Shown one piece after another: positions 1 through 10,704 of a stretch of 37,803 bases of DNA; the stretch's first letter is position 1; each line of letters opens with the position of its first letter. This stretch comes from Octopus sinensis (Eukaryota), in the NCBI RefSeq assembly GCF_006345805.1, contig NW_021835888.1, forward strand, positions 1 to 37,803, in the 5' to 3' direction. The position numbers were made by a program, and so were the translations under genes. A model generated the notes under the pieces. That model saw only the letters and a program-made list of their open reading frames with translations. It had not been told where the DNA came from and did no database searches.

Positions 1-599
1 ACAAACGAATACAGACAAGAAGCAAGCGTTTATGGTCTGGCAGAGGGACTCATTGAACTGTAAACTAGATTCAGTTGTTCTAAGTTTGCTGCACAATATG
101 TCCTCCATGTTTGCTGGCGTTTCCATTCACTCTCCTTTGAACAGACTTATCACTAAGAAGAAAGGCTTTAATAATTTCTTCGGGTGACTTACGTACAACT
201 CTGTGCAAAACCTCTCCTATTGCTGGCAGAATAAGCTCCTCTCCAGTTGTATGAGGCTTGCCAGATATGGCAATCAACAATGAGATGTACGATGCATGCA
301 AACCATCACCCTCTTGTTGTAAGATGCTACCAAATGTATTTCCAAAGGTCTTGGACTTCTGAAAGTTTTCTCGAAGTAACTGGAAATATGCCAAATTTTT
401 CTTTGCTTTTGCAGGGTGTATTCTTTCAAATGTTCAAGAAGCCTGGAAGATTTCATAGATTCGTTTCATGAAAAATATTTTCTCACACAGCAGGCACATT
501 GGTTGTTGCTGGTCATTTGGTGATGATACAAAGCCATTCTTAAGATAATAACCAACTTTATTGCCTACATTTAACTTTAGCTTGCTTTGCTGCAGCCAT
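1..599 (-). mobile_element. Decayed hAT (Buster/ZBED5/SCAND3-like) transposase, N-terminal part, running off the window start
   Basis: Frameshifted minus-strand pieces read MAAAKQAKVKCRQ...QQPMCLLCEK (BED-finger-like), MKSSRLLEHLK, AYFQLLRENFQK and DGLHASYISLLIAISGKPHTTGEELILPAIGEVL...LSDKSVQRRV, all typical of Buster-type transposases. Putative ATG at 599-597. Confidence 0.85.
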
Positions 600-1935
600 A
601 TGTTATTCTGAAAAAAAAAAAAATAGTTCTTTGTAAATATTCTTGTTTTATTTATCTGGTATCATGCTAACTGATACTCGGATATTTTTAACAATTTGTT
701 TATTATTGTATTAAGAGAACTCGACTTTCCATTCAAAAGTAGAAAGAAGCTATGTTTACATTCTAAAAAAAAATATTTCTAGCAAATAAAATCTAGCATA
801 AAGAATATTCGAACCACCACAAAATAACAGAAAAAAAACATAAAATGTAAGAAGTACCAATGTCTGGACTCTTGCCAGACTTTGGTAATTCTTCAAAGAA
901 TTGTTGGTGGACACTCTCATTCGCCATAATATTAAGGCGGAGATTCTGAATACGCATACCACCGTAAATATTTCTAACGTTTTCGTCAAATTTGTCTTCA
1001 ACATCGATTACGAACTGTTGGGGGGGGAAAAATGGAAGTATTCAAAAATTCTAGTTATCACAGATCTTCTTCTTCAATTTAATAGACTCTTTCTGTTTCT
1101 GTTTCAGTGTACGAGACTGAATGTAACTTCAATTTTGATTTATTTTTGCAAAAATTATTTCTGATTTCTATTCTTAAAATTTCAGAGATGATGATTGCGC
1201 AAAAAGTCTAACATTTTTTCTTTTTTTTTTTTTTTGCCCTTTCCTACATCACATTTCGTCATTGCGGAGTTTGCAACGAGTTGTAACTTTTCAAACTTCT
1301 TTGAAAATTTGCAAATGATCAGAAAACATCATGGAAAAACGTAAAACCATCCCCCAAATTTTACGGTTGGTTGCATATTGTACCAGAAATTATCCTCAGT
1401 TTTTTCAATTTGAGTTTCGAAAATTATTTTAAAATTGTCTCACATTTGATTGTATTCCACATTTCAAAAGACTCTTGGGTGGACTTTCAACCATTTTTTA
1501 AAATACATGTTTTTCAAACTAACCCACCCCTGCTCTTCACCGTGCTTTTGGAACAGCTGCCATCATCAAAAATATTGTTACGCCCTATGCGGCCTCCCCG
1601 AAACCATCTACAGTCTGTGTCCAAAAGCTCAGAAGACGGTGTAGGCGAGCTCACCAAACAAATTTGCTCAGAGCAGAAGAAGCAGTAGTCAAAGAAGCCA
1701 GAAGAGCTGAAAATAGCAAAACCGTTGAGTATAACCAAAATGCAAGAACTTTAATTAAGAGGCCAATAACATTTATGGAATAAATAAATAGTTCTTTAGA
1801 GAGGTTTTAGAGAGTTCTTTCATTTGCCTCTGAAATGTGTAGAATTCTTTTGGTGAGCTCTTCTTTTATTCAATAGTCTAATGATTATTTTAAAATTTAA
1901 ATTTTTTAAAAGGTTTAATAAAAAATAGCAACTAA

Positions 1936-3098
1936 TCAATCAATAATATATTCATCCTTTTTGTTTACTTCTTCCCAACGTTCAACAAAATTTTTAATAC
2001 CTCGTTGGTAGAAATCACCCGATTTCGACACGAAAAATTGATCCAACCAGGCTCTCAATACTGCATCAGTATTGAACGAAACTCCGCGCATAGCATTTGA
2101 AAGAGATCGAAAGAGGTGGAAATCCTTTGGTACCAAATCAGGAGAGTACGGCGGGTGTGGCAGCACTTCTCAGCCATGCGTTTGAATGGCTTCCTTGGTC
2201 ATATTGGAGATATGAGCGCGGGCGTTGCCGTGCAGCAGAACTCCATGCTAACGATTAGGTCTATTCTCTAGAATAGCCGAGTCGTTCCATCTGTTGAACA
2301 TAGAGTTCCGCGTTGATCATTTGGTTCTGTTTAAGCAATTCGTAATGGATAATCCCTTCCCAGTCCCACCACTCGCACAACATCGTTTTACGCGGATGAA
2401 GATCTTGTTTCACGCGCGGTGTCGCTTGTTTACCGGGGCTAAGCCATTCCTTACGCTGCTTCATATTGATGTACAGGCACCATGTTTCGTCGCTAGTAAC
2501 GATTCGGTAAAGAAATCGTTGCTTGTGTCCATGAGATGAGCGGTAACGAGCAAGCAAACCAGCGGAGAATGCGGCTCGTTGATTTAAAGAATGCGGAACC
2601 CATGCACCATACTTCTGAACCTTTCCCATCGAGTGAAGATGCTTCTCTATAGCAGTGTGGGAGCATTCCATTTTCTCTGCCAGTTCCCTTGTCGCTTGAC
2701 GAGAATGTTCGTGCAAAAGTTGGTTTAATCGCTCTTCATCGAATTCAACTGAACGACCCGAACGAGTTGCGTCTTTGAGATCGAAATTTCCATTTTTGAA
2801 CTTGGCATACCAATCAGGAGCGGTTCCTTCAGCTATAGCACCATCTCCATGCACAGCACAAATGTGGCGAGCAGTTTTTGCGGCCTTAGAACTTTGATTA
2901 AAAGAAAAAAGAATGAGTGTTGAAAATGGTCGTTTTCTTAACCTGACATTCCATTTTAATGATCTGAAAATAAACAAAAATTAACTGAAATTAACTAGAA
3001 ATAAAAAAAAATTCCAAAATGATTAAAAAATAGAATACTCGAAAAAAATTCATTCCAAAATAAAAAAAAAACGGCGGGAACTTAGTTATCAACCCAAT
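1936..3098 (-). mobile_element. Mariner (DD34D) transposon, near-complete but frameshifted transposase pseudogene; 5' TIR present
   Basis: ORFs 2261-2977 and 1936-2166 contain WVPHSL, IVTSDETWCLY, HPRKTMLCEWWDWEGIIHYELL and HPPYSPDLVPKDFHLFRSL. Likely original ATG at 2954 (MECQVKK). TIR-like ttgggttgataactaagttcccgccg on the minus strand at about 3097-3072 abuts a TA array. No matching 3' TIR was found. Confidence 0.95.
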
Positions 3099-3258
3099 AT
3101 AAATATATATAGATATATACATACATACATACATATATGTATATATACACACAAACACACACATATATATATATACATATATATATATATACATATATAT
3201 ATATACATATATATACATATATATATATATATACATATATATACATATATACATATAC

Positions 3259-3308
<50 letters not shown>

Positions 3309-3312
3309 ATAT

Positions 3313-3388
<76 letters not shown>
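3098..3388. repeat. (TA)n/(TACA)n compound microsatellite
   Basis: Direct inspection. Confidence 0.95.
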
Positions 3389-3389
<1 letters not shown>

Positions 3390-3700
3390 AAGTTAATCCA
3401 AACAAGAAAGCACGAAAAAACACAACAACGCGAGGACGTGGAACAAATATAGTATTATTGGACGCTCAGGAAAAAAGGAAAGAAGGCGGGTTTAACGTCT
3501 CGAGCAGAGCTCTTCGTCGGAAACATAGGAGAAGGAAAGATCCAGAGAAGGGAAGACAGAAGAAAAAAAATCGCCAACGAGATCACATTTTGAAAGACCG
3601 GAAGGAAAAGGGTGAAGAAAGATGTTTTCAAAGACAGAAGAGTAGTATTGTCAAAGACAGCAGAATGGTAGAGGGGGAAGATGTGTGTAAGTGTGGATAT
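3389..3700 (-). mobile_element. Non-coding PLE/retrozyme-like repeat fragment carrying a degenerate hammerhead
   Basis: Lies between microsatellites and contains the hammerhead fold at 3490-3524. Its minus-strand segment gttccacgtcctcg resembles gttccacgtactcg at about 5253-5266. Confidence 0.5.
3490..3524 (-). ncRNA. Minimal type I hammerhead ribozyme fold, degenerate (GAGA instead of GAAA)
   Basis: Minus strand: guuu CCGACGA a gagc ucu gcuc GAGA cg U U aaac. Stem I is guuu/aaac, stem II is gagc/gcuc, and stem III is the palindrome ACGU. Confidence 0.6.
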
Positions 3701-3790
3701 GTGCGTGCGCGGAGGTCTGCGTGTGCGTGTGTGTGTATGTGTGCAATGATGACACGTGTATGTGTGTGTGTGTGTGTGTGTGGTTGTGGC

Positions 3791-3822
<32 letters not shown>

Positions 3823-3850
3823 TGTATGTATGTATGTATGTATATGCATA

Positions 3851-4135
3851 TATGGGTACAGGACGTCAAAAAACGTAAACAACAGGAAATACGAAAACAA
3901 TATGAAATACGAAGACAAACTTTTGTATGCAAACAACGAGAGAAACAAATGAAAGCGAAGAAAAGATAATATAAAGAGCGACCCTTCATCAGTTGTCGGC
4001 TGTTCATCTACTTCACATTTCGTGCAATTCACAACAATATGAACCTTTGTAAAAACAGTTGCTCCCGCGAACCAAAATAAACTTTGGGATTTGCAGAGGA
4101 TCAAAGTTGGTGGCAAAAACAGAAGAGTAGAGACA
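3851..4135 (-). mobile_element. Interspersed repeat, diverged inverted copy of about 5040-5316
   Basis: Shares gcgggagcaactgtttt, tattgttgt, acaactgatgaag.gtcg.tctttat and the terminal gacgtcctgtaccca with the copy at 5040-5316, in opposite orientation. Confidence 0.75.
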
Positions 4136-4500
4136 TGCAACAAACCAAACACACACACACATAGAAGAATATTTGTAAAAAGAGACCTTTACTATTTTCT
4201 AAAGCTGATAGCCCAGTTTTGCTTCATCTTAACTGGAAATTTGCATTCAATGACGCTTCAATATTCTAAGGGCCATAACTCCTTTCAGATTTTTAAAATA
4301 CTATTTAAGGGAAGTAACTTATATTAAATTTTCTTTTTCTTTTTTTGTTTGTCTATTACTGCAATGTAGTATGAAGCTTCCAGCGAACTAAACAACGCGG
4401 TTTCGGTTCACGTTATGTATTCGGTACATTTCCTGTACGTTGATAATACTGTTCGGACAGGTTCACTCCCACCTTGCAAGTTCTCCTACTTTATACAACC

Positions 4501-4645
4501 TATTTCTTTACTACCCACAAGGGGCCAAACACAGAGAGGACAAACAAGGACAGACAAACGGATCAAGTCGATTACATCGACCCCAGTGCGTAACTAGTAC
4601 GTAATTTATCGACCCCGAAAGGATGAAAGGCAAAGTCGACCTCGT
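4501..4645 (-). mobile_element. SINE family B (Meta-domain-like core), 5'-truncated, with 15-bp TSD
   Basis: Reverse complement of gtcgactttgcctttcatcctttcggggtcgataaa...aaagaaata. Perfect TSD ctactttatacaacc at 4486-4500 and 4646-4660. Confidence 0.9.
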
Positions 4646-4828
4646 CTACTTTATACAACCGCCATTATAACATCATCGCCATGGCACTTAATATCACGTA
4701 ACATCGCTATAACTTCGCTTACTTTCCCTTTCATCACTTAAAACACTTTTTTCCAATTGATACTGCTTCGTAATCCAACCATGTTAATAATCATACATGA
4801 AGAAGGCAAATTAAATTCGGTTTATGCA

Positions 4829-5316
4829 TATGTGGGCACAGGACGTCACTCTCTGTCCCTCACTCCGCTTCCTTTTCTCACGTGGCTCCCACGTGGCCAT
4901 CGGCTATCTTTCTTCTCGTAATTTGTGCTTCTTTCTCTCCGTTGTAGCTGGAACAAAAAAGACGTGTTGTTGTTTGTCTACGCTTTCACCACCACAACCT
5001 CGTTTAGGTTTAGCAGCTCTTCCTCTTTGTTTTCACAGTCCTGTTTGTGTTATCAATTTTGACCCTCCGCAAAATCCCAAATTTTATTTAATTTATTTTG
5101 CGGGAGCAACTGTTTTATCGAAAGCGTATATTGTTGTTAATTTCTCGAAATACGAGAGTAGAAAAACAACCAACAACTGATGAAGAGTCGTTCTTTATGT
5201 TGATTGTTTTGTTTTCCATTTGTGTCTTTCGTTGTTCGAAAGAATAGTTCATGTTCCACGTACTCGTGCTTCATATTTTTTGTTGTACTCGTTTCGTGAC
5301 GTCCTGTACCCACATA
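4829..5316. mobile_element. About 490-bp non-coding element with 21-bp terminal inverted repeats
   Basis: tatgtgggcacaggacgtcac (4829-4849) is the reverse complement of gtgacgtcctgtacccacata (5296-5316) with one mismatch. Followed by a TA array. Confidence 0.7.
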
Positions 5317-5417
5317 AGTATATATACATATATATATATACGTATAGATGTAAATGTGTACATATACGTATGTATATATGCATATATATATATGTATATA
5401 TAATATATATAATATAC

Positions 5418-5463
<46 letters not shown>

Positions 5464-5594
5464 TATATATTATTTATATTATTATATGATTGAACGCCAC
5501 GCATCCTCTCCCAAGTAAAGTTTATCTTAATGATATTATTTTATATCATATATATATCTATATCTATCTATCTATATATATATATATATATATA

Positions 5595-5958
5595 TATTGA
5601 TAAAAGGAATTCCAACCTTGTCTGATTTTCACGTTTTATTTACAATCTTATAATATGTTATAAGATAATATAATATAATAGAATAAAATAAAGTAGAATG
5701 TGAAATGTTCATGTAGTAGTGGTAACAGTCATGCTTCACAATTTTGACAGTCAAAAATTGTGAAGCATGACTGTCACCACTACTACATGAACCTGAAGAT
5801 TGCAGAACTTAATGCATGAAAGTACTAGTTCAATCAGAATGAACATTTAACATTCTACTTTATTTTATTCTATTATATTATATTATCTTATAACATATCA
5901 TTATAAGATTGTAAATAAAACGTGAAATCAGAAAAGGTTGGAATTCCTTTTATTAATA
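5595..5958. mobile_element. Fold-back palindromic element in a TA microsatellite; right arm carries a hammerhead
   Basis: About 150-bp arms with few mismatches, centred on the single A at 5749 (ttttgac-a-gtcaaaa). The right arm has 52 extra nt between atgaac repeats (5787-5792, 5839-5844). Confidence 0.9.
5788..5832 (+). ncRNA. Minimal type I hammerhead ribozyme
   Basis: ugaac CUGAAGA u ugca gaacuuaa ugca u GAAA guac U A guuca. Stem I is 5 bp, stem II is 4 bp closed by a U.U pair, and stem III is the palindrome AGUACU. Predicted cleavage after 5827. Confidence 0.75.
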
Positions 5959-5987
5959 TATTTTTCAATACACAATCACACCACCCA

Positions 5988-6064
<77 letters not shown>

Positions 6065-6105
6065 ATATATATATATTATTATATGTGTCATATATATGTA
6101 TATAC

Positions 6106-6137
<32 letters not shown>

Positions 6138-6273
6138 TATATATATATATATATAATATATATATATATGTATGTATGTATGTATGTTGTATAATATATA
6201 TATGTATGTATGTATGTATGTATATATATATATGTATGTATGTATGTATGTATATATATATATATATATATAG

Positions 6274-6305
<32 letters not shown>

Positions 6306-6328
6306 TGTATATATATAATATCTATATA

Positions 6329-6361
<33 letters not shown>

Positions 6362-6407
6362 ACACACACACATATATATATATATATTCATATATACATA
6401 TATATAC
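5988..6407. repeat. (TA)n/(TATG)n compound microsatellite
   Basis: Direct inspection. Confidence 0.95.
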
Positions 6408-6473
6408 ACGACGGGCTTTTTCTGTCAACCAAATCTACTCACAAGGCTATAGTATGAGACACTTGCCCAAGGT
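6408..6473 (-). mobile_element. SINE family A, internally deleted fragment
   Basis: acgacgggct...ccaaatctactcacaaggct...gacacttgcccaaggt matches the reverse complement of 6919-7082. Confidence 0.7.
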
Positions 6474-6918
6474 TTCCCCCGCCCGACACACACACACACA
6501 CACACCACACACACACACACACACCACACACATACATTTGCGCCCCGCTGGTAAACTTTGACAGACTAAGAAAGATGTTTCATATAAAGTATAGAGAAAC
6601 CTTAAATATTCAGCAAAACTAAAAAATAAATAAATAAAAAAACTATAGATCTAAGGGAAGTAATTCAATTTCATAACTCAACAGTAGCTTCCCTTGGAAA
6701 ATTTTGTGTTTGTTCCTCCTTCCTCAAAAATTTTCAGGAGAGTTGAGTATTAAACGCAATTTCATATTGAAGTGAACCCCAAACCAGAACAACAAAGGAT
6801 AGAAAATCTCATCTCAAAGAATCTGGAATTATATTACAACCGACTTAATGCTTTTAGAATTATTTTGATACAGTTATTCCGGCCCGCAGATTTTGTGTTT
6901 CATTGTGGAGATTCTAAT

Positions 6919-7082
6919 AGACGCAGGTGTGACTTTGGGGTAGGGAGCTTGCTGCCCAACCCCAAGGTTATGGTACCATCCCACTGTTTAGCACCTCGGG
7001 CAAGTGTTTCCTACTACAGCTCCTCACGCACCAAAGCCTCGGGAACGGATTTGGTTGGGAAAACTGTAGGAGGCCGGTCGTA
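6919..7082 (+). mobile_element. SINE family A, tRNA-derived head and CORE-like segment
   Basis: Degenerate tRNA-like head, then gggcaagtgtttcctactacagc...ggatttggttgggaaaactg...gtcgta. Homologous copies lie at 16.4, 28.8, 30.1 and 34.7 kb. Confidence 0.75.
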
Positions 7083-7097
7083 CACCCACAACACACC

Positions 7098-7737
7098 TAT
7101 GTATGTATGTATGTATGTATGTATGTATGTATGTATGTATGTATGTATGTATGTATGTATGAATATATGTATGTATGTATGTATGTATGAATGAATGTAT
7201 GTATGTATGTATGTATGTATGTGTATGAATGTATGTATGAATGTACGTATGTACGTACGTATGTATGTATGCATGTATGTATGTGTGTATGTATGTATGT
7301 ATGTATGTATGTATGTATGTATGTATGTATGTATGTATGTATGTTTGAATGTATGTACGTACGTACGTACGTATGTATGTATGTATGTATGTATGTATGT
7401 ATGTATGTATGTATGTATGTACGCACGCATGTATGTATGTATGTATGTATGTATGTGTGTATGTATGTATGTATGAATGAATGTATGTACGCACGCACGC
7501 ATGTATGTATGTATGTACACACGCACGCACGTATGTATGTATGTATGTATGTATGTATGTATGTATGTATGTATGTAGGTATGTATGTGTGTATGTATGT
7601 ATGTATGTATTATGTATGTATGTATGTATGTACGCACGCATGCATCTATGTATGTATGTATGTATGTATGTATGTTGTATGTATGTATGTATGTATGTAT
7701 GTATGTATGTATATATGTATGTATGTATGTATATATG
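7098..7737. repeat. About 640-bp (TATG)n microsatellite with CG-containing variant units
   Basis: Direct inspection. Confidence 0.95.
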
Positions 7738-8170
7738 TCATTGTTCAGTTTTATTTCAAGATTTCTTGCCAATAGAGAAAGAGTCGGTTTCAAACCTAGA
7801 TCCAAGGCCCCTTCATTGGAATTTCAACATCACCAACAGGGTACTTTTGCTTGTATGTTTTGCTTCATGTATGTATTCTCATGCGTATCGTTGCATATCT
7901 AGACATGCTCATATATATTTAAATGATAAACCTCTGGAAAGTTTTACAGATTTTTACAGTTCCAGTATTGGATTGGATACGTAGTCTTCGAATTAGCCTT
8001 CTCTTTTCTGGTTTTGAGTAGCCTAATTTCTCAAGATTGGTACTTAGTCTGTACATAACCCAGGTCCCCAATAATTGCATGCATAAACCTAAACTTGTAA
8101 TCTGAATAGAGTAACTGCAAATTTCTCAATAGTTCGACGTGGGTATTCTCTTTTTCACCGATCTGAATGG
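7738..8170 (-). mobile_element. 3' end of a restriction-like-endonuclease (R4/Dong/NeSL-type) non-LTR retrotransposon
   Basis: Minus-strand translation: EKENTHVELLRNLQLLYSDYKFRFMHAIIGDLGYV, frameshift, then NLEKLGYSKPEKRRLIRRLRIQSNTGTVKICKTFQRFII* (stop at 7921-7919). A 3' UTR follows and runs into (CATA)n. Confidence 0.8.
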
Positions 8171-8306
8171 AAGAGCCTCGTAAAAGTGGCAACAATCGGT
8201 ACTGTTTAGTACTGTTACTACGTGAATTTCTATCAGAGATTTTAAAACCAGCTACTTTAGCTTTATATATATATATATATATATATCTATATATATATAT
8301 ATATAT

Positions 8307-8431
8307 ACATTAGAATCTCCGAAGAGGCCGTAAGATATTTTTGTTAATGTCTCATTTATACTGCAATATTGGCTATAGGTTAAATGAGACATACTTATCT
8401 GCATGGCCGAAACAGCTGTCAGTTATAATGT
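8307..8431 (+). ncRNA. Type I hammerhead ribozyme with long (about 80-nt) stem II and C4 core variant
   Basis: acauuagaaucu CCGAAGA ggccgu...[augucucauuua/uaaaugagacau hairpin]...auggcc GAAA cagcug U C aguuauaaugu. Stem III is the palindrome ACAGCUGU and the GUC cleavage triplet ends at 8420. Confidence 0.7.
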
Positions 8432-8608
8432 ATATGTATTTTTATATCTTGTTATATTTATTTAGTTATCTCTCATTATATTGATTGTAATTATTGTACT
8501 GTATTAATGTTTAATCTTAATGCTCTTGTGTAGTGTTTTAATAAAGTATATGATTCGGTATTATCTGATAGTTGATGAATGATTTAGATATATTTCTCCA
8601 TTTTCTCA
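8307..8608 (+). mobile_element. About 300-bp retrozyme/PLE-LTR-like monomer embedded in (TA)n
   Basis: Begins with the hammerhead, has an AT-rich tail containing AATAAA (about 8539-8545), and is flanked by TA arrays on both sides. Confidence 0.55.
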
Positions 8609-8639
8609 TTTTATATATATATATATATACATATATATG

Positions 8640-8679
<40 letters not shown>

Positions 8680-8695
8680 TATGTATGTATATATA

Positions 8696-8729
<34 letters not shown>

Positions 8730-8770
8730 GATAGAGAGAGAGAGAGAGAGACAGAGAGAGACAGAGAGAG

Positions 8771-9198
8771 AGAGTAGTTATATACTGTCAACTTAATGTG
8801 ACAGTCCCATGAAAGGGATCACACTACTGTTATTTAGCCCTCGGAAGCATTAATGCTTCCTGTCGGCCTTGACACATTTCCTGCGTCCCTATGTTTACAA
8901 GGGAGAGACAAGCACCTCCTACCAGCTAAGCCTGCATCCAGAGACTAGTTTCTGAGTTTTTGCACGTCATCAGTCTGGAGTAGCATGGCCTGCTAGTTGC
9001 AGATGCCTATCTAACTCTTGTAAACATATAAGAATTCTAGTGAAATAAATCCTCTGATTACAAAAATAGAAATAATACATTTCTAAATATCTAAGAGAGA
9101 TATAAGCAGTAGTGGGACTGCCACGTTAAGTTGACAGGATACAACTACTCTATCGTACCACTACTGCATATATATATCTGAGATATTTATAAATGTAT
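8771..9198. mobile_element. Nested inverted-repeat element carrying a minus-strand hammerhead
   Basis: 8771-8809 is an imperfect reverse complement of about 9114-9152, and 9076-9116 of about 9158-9198. tatgtttacaag (8890-8901) pairs with cttgtaaacata (9017-9028) around the ribozyme. Flanked by GA and TA arrays. Confidence 0.7.
8937..8979 (-). ncRNA. Minimal type I hammerhead ribozyme (weakened stem II)
   Basis: Minus strand: uccaga CUGAUGA cgugcaaaaacuca GAAA cuag U C ucugga. Perfect 6-bp stem I, canonical core, palindromic stem III ACUAGU and a GUC triplet. Confidence 0.75.
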
Positions 9199-9210
9199 AA
9201 TATATATATA

Positions 9211-9253
<43 letters not shown>

Positions 9254-9398
9254 AATATGAATTAGAAGCAGCAGCGCTACTGTTGTAAACATTATCGACC
9301 ACGTACACTCATTGTACGAGAGTAGCTTGATCGCCGGTAATCTACGTTTAGCACGGTGGGTATGTCTGTGTTCAAACGCCGGATATTAAAATTCCTGA

Positions 9399-9481
9399 AA
9401 GTCATAGACAGGCGAAATAACTTGTCTCCAAATTAGATTTCAACGGGATTTGAGGCGAGTTATCTCGTCTGTCTATGACTT
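9399..9481 (+). other. Long hairpin (30-bp stem, pre-miRNA-like or MITE centre)
   Basis: 9399-9428 pairs with 9452-9481 with three G.U pairs and one A.C mismatch on the plus strand. Confidence 0.7.
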
Positions 9482-9797
9482 CTATATTGTTTAACGATGC
9501 TGATCATAAATATCAAATTATACACTTTCACAAACTAAATTCTTAACCTAACCTCACCCCTTAATGCCCACAACAGCCAATTTTGTTGGTCATTCTCCCA
9601 TTCCATGGTAAACCTCGACAGACTTCAGCCACATCTCTGCTGTATTCTTGGAATACTCTTTTGTTTTTGAAATTTTGTTTTATCTGATGATTACGGTTTT
9701 TTTGCAATGAAGTAATGAACTCATTCTTCTATTAAAAATACGCGTAAGAAACTGTTGTAATGAGCCGACAATTATTCATCGTCTGTTATTCATTTGA

Positions 9798-10078
<281 letters not shown>

Positions 10079-10216
10079 GTAACTGTATTAATAACATAAG
10101 GGATGGAACGCGTCATAGACTTTATTGGGAACAACACATGTTTCTACCCGTTCTAGGTCTCTTCATGTACACCAATAAAGCCTATTACACATTCCATCTC
10201 CTATTTTATTAACACT

Positions 10217-10234
10217 ATGTGTGTGCGTGCGTGC

Positions 10235-10301
<67 letters not shown>

Positions 10302-10316
10302 AGTGTGTGTGTGTGT
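10217..10316. repeat. (TG)n microsatellite
   Basis: Direct inspection. Confidence 0.95.
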
Positions 10317-10704
10317 ACATATATATCATTAAAAACAACAATGTATTAAGCAGGTTCTTATGTTACATCAATTTACAAGTATTTCATTCGAATTCGATCT
10401 CAGGCCTATTGCTACATTATATAAGAATATATGCAGTTATTGATTCTTGAGCTGTCATTGTGATGACAAGTCTCTTCAGAATTATGTATAAATGTCATTT
10501 ACTGTAGACACTCGAGTTATCAATAATTCATGTCTATAACGAGTCGGGTGTCTTTAAATGAATACATTTGCATATTACAAGGAAAATAAAGCAAAACATA
10601 GTACAGGTGTGAATTAACCGGTCAAGAAGAACGGCGCAAAGTGAAACGAATAGAAAATTAAAGAAACAGTAAAACAAAACAAAACAAAAAAGAAAAGAGA
10701 AAAC

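Noticed and set aside
5143-5190. Type II hammerhead (ctc GAAA ... CTGATGA agag)
   Set aside because: Stem III/UH and stem I cannot be formed, and the inverted copy at about 3970-4025 does not keep the stem II pairing.
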